A stretch of 64,000 bases of DNA from Lingula anatina (lineage: Eukaryota > Animalia > Brachiopoda): NCBI GenBank assembly GCA_051362555.1, contig CM120647.1, forward strand, positions 3,968,001 through 4,032,000. The letters run 5' to 3'. Shown in pieces: positions 25,000 to 35,300 of the stretch. The position numbers were made by a program, and so were the translations under genes. The number at the start of each line of letters is the position of its first letter. The stretch's first letter is position 1. The notes beneath the pieces were generated by a model that had not been told where the DNA came from, did not search any database, and saw nothing but the letters and a program-made list of their open reading frames with translations.

Positions 25000-25797
25000 G
25001 AGAAAACTGAGCAAAAATGTTCATTAGCTTGGTAGTTGATAAACATGAAAATTCTCAGACACAAGCCTAAAATTTTCCGTACCGTTAGCTTACGGCCAAC
25101 CTGGTCGAAAACTGAGAAAACTGTATTGAAAGAGTTTAGTTCCATTTTCAACACCTTTTTTTACATAAAATCGATTTTCCTTAAAATGTGTTATAGGTGT
25201 TGCATATATGCTGAAAAAAGTGAAAAAAAAAAAAAAAAAAAAAAACAGCAAAACTTTTAAAGAAAAAGCCCTGATCATGCCAATTTTCGAACTTAACTTG
25301 CGTATTATAGATATTCATCAGTTCTGGAAGTTTCAAGCCAAAAAGTAAAGTGGTTTTTCACTTATTGTGTTATCAGGGTTGCATATATGCTGAAAAAAGT
25401 GAAAAAAAAAAAAAAAAAACAGCATAACTTCCATAAAAATGTTCCTATCATGCTGATTTTCGAACTTGACCTGCGTAATATGAATATTCATCAGTTCTGT
25501 AAGTTTCAAGCCCAAAGGTAAAACGATTTTTCAAATATCGTGTTATCGGTGTTTCAAAAATGCTGAAAAAAAGTGGAAAAACAGCATAACTTCCCTAAAA
25601 ATGGCCCAATCATGCTGATTTTCAAACTTGACCTGCATATTATGTATATTCATCAGTTCTGTAAGTTTCAAGCCAAAAGGAAAAACGGTTTTCCACTTAT
25701 CGTGTTATCGGTAAAAGTGCACGGCGACGGCGACGACGGCGACGACAGACGCAGGTGATGGCTATATGTACAGACACATCTGTGTCTGTACATAAAA
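25000..25797 (-). mobile_element. Helentron-associated (HINE/pearl-like) non-autonomous element with internal tandem repeats of about 165-175 bp; left boundary approximate
   Basis: Terminal hairpin atgtacagacac-atct-gtgtctgtacat next to an A/T run, an adjacent (gacggc) microsatellite, and three tandem units tcatgc(t/c)(g/a)attttc(g/a)aactt at about 25274, 25448 and 25610. Confidence 0.6.
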
Positions 25798-26310
25798 AGC
25801 AGTTATTCTAACAATACGGTAAGATAACATTTTGTCTTTATGCATTTGGGGCAGAGAATATTTGTAGAAACAATAGGCACATGATACGAAAACGTGTCAC
25901 GGAACTTGAAGGTGCAAAATCGTGCTTAATTTGCAGACAATTTGTTTTGAAATACATGCTGCAACGACCGCCAGCACGACAAAGAGCGTAAAGGGAAAAT
26001 AATTCACGGGAGGCTATAAATCGTTGTCATGTGGAATTTTGGCATTAATATAATCTGTTATGTCCATATCTAAGTATTTTTGGGTGTTTTATGGTATAAG
26101 CTGCAATTACAACGATTTTTTAGAGTTCTTGAAGTACCTTGTGAAAACCAGGAAGTAGTTCGCAACTGACAACTGAGTCGTACCGATCCACAACTACTGT
26201 GCAAAGATGCATCTATTTCAAATATTTTGGCGAATTTTTAGATCTTTATATGTCCATCTGACATGAAATTCCACACATATGATCACATTAATACACTTTT
26301 TACACCGGGG

Positions 26311-26687
26311 TAGCCACTAATCAGTGACAAATACCAAGACCAAGGTGACATTCTGACAGCCTCTTATCTGAGCTAAAAATCACTAGCAAAAGAGACTGGC
26401 AATCAATTTCCTCAGGCTGGAAGTCAACAGCCTTGAGAAACTGGTCACGTTATATCTTAGATCTGTCAGAATCGAGTATTGCATAATAATGTCAATTATT
26501 AGTAACTTAGAGCTAGTCTTAATTACCCGTCAGTTTTGTGATCAGCTCACCTGGATTCTCTTTTCATCTTTTAGGGAAGATCTTGTAAGATGCCATTAAA
26601 TGCGTCGCGTACTGGTGATTTTTTGCTCAGAAAAGAGGCTGTCAGAATATCACCTTTGTCTTGGCATTTGTCGCTGATTAGTGGCTA
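26311..26687. mobile_element. MITE with about 75-bp imperfect TIRs (TAG...CTA termini)
   Basis: tagccactaatcagtgacaaataccaagaccaaggtgacattctgacagcctct versus agaggctgtcagaatatcacctttgtcttggcatttgtcgctgattagtggcta. No clear TSD. Confidence 0.75.
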
Positions 26688-26690
26688 ATA

Positions 26691-27350
26691 CTAAACTAAT
26701 AGATAACATGTTCTCCAACTTACCTGTTTGTATCGTTCAGTCCTTCCGTATTCTTGCAGTTCTATTATCTGCCAATTCAAAAAGGTATCTGCCAATTCAA
26801 TAAAGCAAAAGGAGTGCGTATGGGGCCTATCAATGTTAGTGAAATTTGTTATTTTAACAAACGGGCTTTGAGCCCTGGGCAACAAATGGGCGTAAGACTG
26901 GGCATTGATCAGATCGATAGGCACGGCTGGGTGGAGGTTTTTGGCCACCGCGTCAACACTGTCAATGTACTCCTTCGGAGAACAGTGTTCTCCCTCCAGA
27001 AAGATCTGCCCGGCTTCATCCCCAGAGCCTACAAACAAGATGACAATACGTCTCTTTTCACGGTGTACTTTAATGAATGAGGTGACTTGACCAAGAAGCT
27101 CGTTTTTATTGTACACCATAACTTCTTGGCCTATGTTTCCACTGCACTGGGAAGCCCCGGGATACAACTCACGAAAATTTCGGATTTCGCACTGCCTTTG
27201 CATTCTTTGACGGCTGTTGAGTGGCGCTCCCAGGAAAAGGAATGCGTCCTGTTCAGCTTCTTCCAAACCGGCATAGTACATGAACTCCCGCCTGGCACCT
27301 GCAGAGGATGGTTCTGTAAATGGCGTTGCTTTGCATAGTTCTCCTGCCAT
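26691..27350 (-). CDS. Uncharacterised protein with a caspase/metacaspase-like (caspase-haemoglobinase fold) pattern and apparently inactive catalytic residues; coding exon probably ends at a splice donor after 26724
   Basis: 219-codon ORF, the longest in the track, with a paralog that differs only by in-frame indels. Motif order AFLFLG / NKNELL / IVILFVGSG / IDLINAQSYAH mirrors the metacaspase ALLIG / T.NI / FHYSGHG / I.DSCHSG strands. CAG|GTAAGT donor after RYKQ. Confidence 0.7.
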   Translation of the reverse strand: MAGELCKATPFTEPSSAGARREFMYYAGLEEAEQDAFLFLGAPLNSRQRMQRQCEIRNFRELYPGASQCSGNIGQEVMVYNKNELLGQVTSFIKVHREKRRIVILFVGSGDEAGQIFLEGEHCSPKEYIDSVDAVAKNLHPAVPIDLINAQSYAHLLPRAQSPFVKITNFTNIDRPHTHSFCFIELADTFLNWQIIELQEYGRTERYKQVSWRTCYLLV

Positions 27351-27555
27351 CTCGACTCAACACTTCTCAAATATGACGCCTTCTCTTATTGCTGATTCCT
27401 TCCGTACGACTGCCGTAAACTCTGCCACACTTATGGGTTGGATGCACATGGAATACTCTTGTCAGATTGAATTTTTTAGGGATGAAGACCCACCGTTTTC
27501 GAAAAGCTCTTTTTCGACTTGCCAGAGCAATGTGCCTTTAATGTTGACAAAGCAG

Positions 27556-27595
27556 TGACGTCAGGAGTGCAAAAATAGAGAAGGGGATTTTTTTT
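27556..27595. promoter_or_regulatory. CRE palindrome plus an imperfect kappaB-like GGGGATTTTT, about 200 bp upstream of the ATG of the caspase-fold gene
   Basis: TGACGTCA at 27556-27563, also retained in the duplicate at 14968-14975. Motif match only. Confidence 0.3.
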
Positions 27596-27839
27596 ATTTA
27601 CACGTACACCATGCATACTTTGTCGCATGATTCAAACTGCTTTTTAAATAAGCTTTTTAATTGAGTAGTAGCTACTAGCTAATGTAAATACAGAGTATAT
27701 TTCAATTAATAATGTTGCCGTCTTCTTTGTATCACTATGTGATATTATATTGAGAGACAGGTTTAAAAATTGAACGCAATCGACCCCCTACTTAGGTATA
27801 AGCCGGTTGTGAAATCATTTCTAAATTAAGGCACTTATA

Positions 27840-28008
27840 CAGGGGCGGATTTAGGCCGTCTTCTGGGTCTTCCGGAAGACGGTCAAATTTTTAAGTTTAC
27901 ATTGACGGGTATCTAATATTTTCTGTCGGAAGACGGTCAAAAATTGAGGACGAATTAACAAAGATAATTTGGAAGACTGTCAGAAAATATCTCTGGATAT
28001 ATCCCCTG
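27840..28008 (+). mobile_element. About 168-bp CAGGGGCGGAT-terminal MITE
   Basis: Terminal inverted repeats. Absent from the paralogous site at about 15570. Near-identical to 55658-55825. Confidence 0.85.
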
Positions 28009-28019
28009 CTTATTAGAGA

Positions 28020-28052
28020 CTAAGATCTAATATTCCGTTTATTAGATCTTAG
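28020..28052. mobile_element. 33-bp palindromic mini-element with a 7-bp TSD
   Basis: ctaagatctaata-ttccgtt-tattagatcttag, flanked by ttagaga on both sides. Absent from the paralog at about 15575. Confidence 0.75.
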
Positions 28053-28699
28053 TTAGAGACAACTGTCGCCCATAATATCGCACCCGTTCCGTTGTCTTGG
28101 GTCCTCAAGCTGTGGCCCAATGCCAGTCCTTCATGTACATGTAGCTGCAGGATATCTCAGATATTTTGACTTTTCATATTTTGGAGCTGCTCTTTAATTC
28201 GTGTCATGACTACCGTTGAATGAATATTATGTTCTAATCCGTTACACTCAAACGCACATGTAATATTTATAATATGCACTCAGAGGCGGTATTCAGGATG
28301 AAGTGCTCATTTCATGTACATTATTTTCAATTTTACATTGTGTATTGTGGTGAAGACAATCATAAGATCAACGATATCTGCCTTTTTTAATTAATAAGCA
28401 CATGTGCACAAATTAAGCTATTAACAAACTTTGCTCCACTGAAAAAAATAGTCCTTTTTGATAGTAGGCCTATATCCGCGATTTAAGACTAAAAAACCGT
28501 CTGAATGCCTTTGGATACAAAAGACTAGTTAGAATCTGTAAATCTTAATTTTTTGTCACGTTTATATGTAAAACAAAACCCCGTGAGGGAGAATCCTCAA
28601 CATCGTGTACATGAAGTTCTTGAGCGCCATTGCTCCTTCCGATAGAGGGTAGCATCCTGCTCTACACGCTGTTATCCTTAAGGATCATCATCCGACTTT

Positions 28700-29610
28700 C
28701 TGAAAATGGAAGGTTCCAGGTACTCCTATCAATAAAAGCGAGCAAACTTGATATTGAATCATTGCCTTCCCGCTATAAGACCAAGTTATACTGCCTGTAT
28801 ACCGTGTTCAGCAGGAAAAAAAAAAAGAAATGTTGTCGGATTAATTATCTGCCAAATATGCTTTTTATCAAAATTCACATCGTCGAAATTGCTTGATTCG
28901 AAAGCGCACGAGCTGTAACACATTTGAACTTTTCTTAATGATTCCCATTTCTTAAGGGCTTTCTAAAACTAAATGAGTGCCATTGTGCTCTTTAACGTCA
29001 TGTTAGATGTTGCCAAAGATAATCTCAGCTGAAAACAAAGTCATACTCAAAACTAAAAAAACCGCCATTGAAGTGTGAACTCAACGTAGTGTCATTGTAA
29101 AACAAAATGAAAGTAAAAACATCTGAAATCATCTGAAAATGGATCGTTCCGGGTACTCAATAAAAGCGAGCAATCTTGATGTTGATTCCGTAGCTTCCCA
29201 GCTATAGGCCCAAGTTATACCGCCTGTAAACAGCGTTCAGCCGAAAAAAAAAGGAACATTCTCGGCGGATTTATTTGCCAAGTATGTTTTTTTCCTCAAA
29301 ACTCACCTCATCACAATTGCTTGAATGGAAAGCCAGGCCCGTAGCTAGCAATTTCAGAGGTGGGGGGAGGGTCGTTTTCTGAAAAAGTGGACATTTTACC
29401 ATAAAATACATAGTTCAAATTTTACCCAGAGTGGACATTTTCCCAGCAAAAAGGGTGGTTCTTTCGAACCCCCCCCACCACCCCACCCCCCCCGGTCACG
29501 GGCCTAAAAGCGCATCAGATTTTACACATTTGAATGTTTCTTGATGATTCCCATTTCATAGGGGCTTTCTAAAACTAAATTCGTCCCATTGTGCTCTTTA
29601 ACGTCTTACC
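28700..29610 (+). repeat. Local tandem duplication (about 28700-29020 and 29130-29610); the second unit is interrupted by a MITE at about 29335-29504
   Basis: Shared tctgaaaatgga..gttcc.ggtactc, caataaaagcgagcaa, atgattcccatttc and ccattgtgctctttaacgtc. The insert aggcccgtagc...tcacgggcct is related to about 37957-38085. Confidence 0.75.
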
Positions 29611-31762
29611 AGACAACCTTCAAATAATGCAATTGGGCTTAGGGTATTTAGGCCTACACACACACACACACGCACACACACGCACACGCACACACACAAA
29701 CAATGCATGTCTTTCTATATATAGTTCAGAAGACAATAAACTTTTTTTACTCTTTATCTGAATAAGAGATCATAAAAGCACAATACTGCTTCCGATCCCC
29801 TCTTAATTGATTGATCAATAGGTGTTATTACTCTCACGTGAGTCCCAAGAGAATAAAGAAAGTAAGCATAAAAATAAATAGAAAATGAAAAAGATGGACG
29901 ACTGAATATAAACTATTTTAGATAATGTCAATGGCACTAACTACATGTAGACTAAATGTGTGCAGAAACATACGCAATGCTGAAAATACTAAAAAAAAAA
30001 AAAGGGTGGGGGGCGGAAAGAAAAGAAAACCTTTGCCAATTGTCGTAATTTTAAAACTGCTCAACTTTTATTTACCTGCACATTGACATAAAAATGGTGT
30101 TAATAAGAAGCATTATGATGGCTTTGAATTCAAAGTGCATTTTTACTAAATAAAACCTGAAATTTTAGTGCAAATGAAATAGTTTCTTTAAAAAGAACTA
30201 TCATAATTGCTTTGCCTCTGAGGCGTGAACCGACGATAACACGTAACAGGTAGGGCCTAAGCTGTATCTGAAATGGAACGAAATACATTAATGAAAATTT
30301 TATCTTAACTACATGGCTTTCATTTTTTTTTAATTTTAAAATATTTTTTCATGGCGATTACTACCGGTATATAAGCCCATATGTGACCCTGACGCCTTTG
30401 ATGTCAGCCTTCTATTTAATTTGTTTTTCACGTTATCTTATTGCTTTGTATCTTATTCTATTTGTACAAATGCATATTTTTTTTCTGAGAAGTTCGCCGT
30501 TCTTTTCTATAACTGCTCTGCGCCGTATCTTCTCTGCATTGGTGGCGGTGGGAACGTTGAATTTGTTGTCTTCTCTACCACATTCTATCTACAAAATTCT
30601 CCCAGACACACTTCAGGTGTCATGTAACGGTCGCCACTGGGAAGGAACGTTCATGTCATCCATTGGACGCTCCGTGGAACAATCTGCTCTATATTAAATT
30701 TTATAAACTTTTTCAACGATCAATTTTACAACATTGTATTTGTAAGGCATGTCCTAAATTCTAAAACTGTAGGCCCACTACGAGTAGGCCTAGGTGAAAA
30801 TGATTTAAGAGGAACTGAAGATAGACGTGCAGAGAGAAAGTAGGCTATACAATTTCAAATTTCAAAAGCAAACTTAGAGATCGCTTGAAAGATATCAGCC
30901 AGTTAACATTTTTTTCATTAAGGAGATATAGCCCTACATGTAACATATGACCTCTGGCTAAATTTTTATGTGGCATGATCCTCGATCACTTTTCAAAATA
31001 AAAAGAACGCGTTTTGTTTGAATTAAGATATCACATTAAACAAGCGATTTTAGTCTGAAGAACTGAAAAAAATAGAGAAAGTGTGCAAAATACAAATTAT
31101 TTGTAATAGATATATAAAGCAGCAGCCGGAGCAGCTTGCTTCAATAAAGTCGCAAGAGCTGTCTCGGGACTTTAAAAATAGTAGGCCTACTGTAAGCCCT
31201 ACCAGCTGTAAGAAATATACTTCGTATTTTAAATGTCTCTGAATATCTTCTTCAAAATGTCTACTCTAAATTTAAGCAATTTACTAAGTTTTATTTTGCT
31301 CAGCAAATCAGAAAAACGTGTACAACAGACCCCCCCCCCTCCCCGAAACAACAAGTGTTTTGCACTGAGGTCACCTGGTAGCTATGCGACGTCATGGTTT
31401 ATTTACACGCTGTTACAGTAAACCGGTTGCCCCCTCTGCACGTTTAATATTTTTATTGTTGACTTTACCTTCCGCAAACATCACATTTTTGCAATATCCG
31501 ATGTGTACTGAAAGCAATTGTGAGTGTCTCTGTGGCATTAGACTACATTTTATTGGAGTAAAAAAACAGATGAATGATTTTTAAATTGGTGGGGGTGATG
31601 TTGGTTGATTGGAATAGCCTATAAAGCAATGGCAGCTCGCGTAAGCTTACATTGATATCAGTAGAGTAGAACTTGCGTCTTGTGATTTTACTTACCTATG
31701 GATTATATGGACCCAAAAATGACAAGGGTAAGTGTTTAACAGCAAGATATGTTTATAACAAG

Positions 31763-31764
<2 letters not shown>

Positions 31765-31835
<71 letters not shown>
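31765..31835. repeat. (CT)n microsatellite
   Basis: Perfect dinucleotide run in the 5' UTR intron of CCDC60. Other simple repeats lie at about 29656-29698, 32254-32289, 36181-36340, 59455-59566 and 60330-60412. Confidence 0.95.
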
Positions 31836-31838
<3 letters not shown>

Positions 31839-32251
31839 ACGCACGTTACTGATATTTAACATGGGGACTAGTAATAGTAGTAAGTGTGCCTATCTCATGT
31901 AACTACATCTTTAGATATAAATGTTAGAAAATAGTCAGCCCATTTCGGCACTAACGGCTTGTCCGTAGAAATGTGTGGCTGTCCTAAATGTAAAGTTTGA
32001 CGGACGTGCATCCACAACTTGTAAAAGGTTCGCGGCACAAACATGATTATTCTAAGTTTTACACACATATCTCAGTATCATCATAGAAAGACTGAGATGT
32101 AATGTAACTACATGTCTTATACTATTTACTTTTCTTCTACCTTGTAGACTCTAGATTAATTAATCTATTAAGAAGAGCACAAAAAATAGGATGTCAAAGT
32201 CTACATGTTAATGTAATGGGAACTGGATGCAGCAATATAATATCCAGGGAT

Positions 32252-32293
<42 letters not shown>

Positions 32294-32396
32294 CAGATCT
32301 GCCAATTAATGAATGTCTCGCAATCTATATGTATACATATTGTAGTTCTAAAGATTTTTTTCTATTTCAGTAAACAAATAAATTCTGTTGAGCAAT

Positions 32397-35300
32397 ATGC
32401 CTAAAGGAAGGGACGACCCCCGGACGTATATCCGCCGAGAAGCTCCCCCTATCCTCAGTCAGAAAGGAATTAAAATCCAAGCTCGGAGTGCTGAGGTCTA
32501 CAATCCCACCTTCCCCACGCGTCAAAATGTACGCGAGGAAAATTACAACAGGCGCATTCGCCAACTCACACAACAGGGCTTTCGCTCTGTGAACTATAAA
32601 CCGTATCAGAACATTGGCGGAGAGATTTATCTGTCCAACAAAAGGCTAATACTAACAGCTCTGGGCCAGTGGAATGAGGTAGGTTATATTCGGGAGCTGG
32701 GGTTTTTATAGTTTGGGGGTACAGGCTGCCCAAAATTATCACTTAAAACTTCCTACAGAATTTCAGGGAGTCAAAGTATGCCTAAAACTGTCATATTTCT
32801 CAAAAAATCCATAGGCCATCCAGCCATCTTTGTAAATATATGTGCTGTCCAATGATACTGATGGCCGCCCAAATGACAGTTTGCTGGGAAAACCCTTGTC
32901 CAGTAGAAAATTTGATGTTAAAAGCAGGCATTTTATCTGGGATTTTCACGACAAGTTGAATTTTCAGTGAAGAATGGTTTGAAAAACAAAGCAATTTTCT
33001 CCTGCCAGTTAACCATTGCTCTGTCTGTCCTTGCACTTGGATTTGATGTTTTATTCCAGTTGAAATTGAATTATTTATTTCTACACAATTGTTTTGATCC
33101 TGTAAGTTTTGACTGGCATGTCTCCCTGTACATTTCAGTAGGAAATATCAACATCAGGTGCTTAATGTAATTTTTATTTGAGGGGTTACATATCACTTTT
33201 AAAGTCTGAAGTGGAAGAGATGATTAGTTTTGCAGGAATATAGATCTATGTTAATAAATATGACGTTTGAAAATTAAATGCAGACAGTTTACCTTTGATA
33301 CATGTATGAATCTAATGTAGACCAAATATTCCTTGTCTCGCATCCCAATTTTAGATTTCATATTAACACAGTTGTTTGTCTGTCATTTTGATTTTTTCTC
33401 CATTTCTCAGATAATAATTTTTCTGTAAGATGAGGTAAATCTCAGGAAAAAAAATAGGCTTAAAAATATAAAATACTAATAAGTACAGTCAGTAGCAACT
33501 GAGGTAGTGATGTTTTTATAGAAGACTTAAAAGCAATTGAGAGATTTCCCTGTGCGTGATGCAGAAGCCTGAATAGCCGTCATTTTCTCCTTGACTCTGT
33601 AGCTCCAACTGTGTTTATTAGCTGCATTTTGCGCACCGCGTTGCGTGACGGTGCAATAATCAATGCAGTATCCTCTCAGTGAAAGTGACCGTTATTAGCA
33701 GTACATACCTGAGATTGAAATCAATACAGCTGTGTACAGTCCAGAGCTTTATTGCTGATGGTTGCGATAAATGTCTTGTATTGATTTGAATGGGTAATTG
33801 ATCTGTGAATAAGGGATCAAGCGTATAGGTTACATAATATACATACATATGTAAAAATGGACATGGTGTTCAGGGGGGAGATTAGACAGTGCTGGAATTG
33901 GCCAATTTAAATTGCAAACCAGTGAAAGTAACAGTCTGAGAATGATTAATGGATTTGCCCAAGATGATATCTGCTAGATGCTATTTAGTTAAAAATGAAC
34001 TGCTTGCCTATGTTGCAATTGCAAAGTCAAATTTTGAGTCTGCAACCAAATCTTAGGAATTATGGTCAATGATTGATAGAAGATGTGCACAAGGATTTAA
34101 AGACCTTAATATAGCAAAAAAAAAAATAAAAATAAAATAATAATAATAAAATAAAAAAATAATAATAAAAAAAATAATAAATAAAAATCTCATTGATCTA
34201 AGGTAAATCTAGAGAAGTCTTATTAAATTTAATATTGAAGCAGTCCTGTTTTACAAATAAAAGGGCGGCCTTAAGGGCCTATTGCTTTAGGCTAATAAAT
34301 TCTAAGTCTTAACCAGTAATTTACCAATGAGTGGACTGTATGTATATATCTAGAACTAAATGTGACCCTTTTTCATCTAAAAGTACAGACCAATTTGCTG
34401 ACTGAAGTTTTTTTTTATTATATAAAAAAGACCCAAGATGACTGGTAGTATTGATAAATAATAACTGTTAAATGTTTGGGTTTCCGTCTTTTCAGAGTGA
34501 TGATGAGGACTCGTCCAGCGAGGAGGAAGAGGATAGTGAAGAAGAGGGCCAGCAAACCCAGTCCCTCAGACCTATGGTGAGTTCTGTTAATGAAAATGAA
34601 AAAAAAGAAAGAAAAACAATACGTTTAACCAGTGTTTGCCTCTTAGGAAAATTAGTTGCTGGACCGAAAGTCCAGCCATCTTGAAAAGAGCTGAATTGAA
34701 TGTCTGACGGGTGGGAAAACTTATCAGCCCGTCTTGAAAGTTGTCGGCACTGGGCAGACGGTCCAGCCTTAATTTCTAACACTGAGTTTAACATTGGATA
34801 CAGATTTTATTGGGTATAATGGGTTTCAGATTCAGTGGAAAGCACATATCAGTAACTTTCGTTAATTAATTTTCACATTTTGCAAATATTTACTGATCTG
34901 TCTGGATGGATAATAAATTATAGACCAGTCTTATGAATGTGATTTGAAAAGAATATTATCACTGTACCAGATCTTCTGGCATTCATAATTAGATTCATAG
35001 CCACAGTAAACTACCGAATTCCATTTTCCCTTGAATGTAGCAATAACAGAGACTGTCACTTACAGCATAACAAATCTAATAACAAAGTTGTAATTTAGTT
35101 TTTTAAAAAAGAGTAATTTTATGGGCATTATGGCATATTTTAACAATACACTCTTTTCAGACTGAAATGGGTATATCATACAAGAAAGGTGGGGACATCT
35201 TATGACTGGTTGAAAGCAACTCCAGAAAATTTGCTTGTTAAATATCTGAATATTAAATTAAAAATTTAGCCAGTCTTGGCTGGGTTGGTAAATTGCATTT

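Noticed and set aside
27351-27450. N-terminal extension of the caspase-fold ORF (MCIQPISVAEF...)
   Set aside because: There is an in-frame TGA three codons before the ATG, and a 1-bp indel in the paralog breaks the frame, so this is likely UTR.
26754-27558. Plus-strand ORFs overlapping the caspase-fold gene
   Set aside because: Antisense shadows; no motifs or splice support on that strand.
31368-31410. RFX X-box and FOXJ1 sites in the CCDC60 promoter
   Set aside because: Only degenerate matches (gtcacctggtagc, tttatttaca) in AT-rich DNA, not distinguishable from chance by eye.
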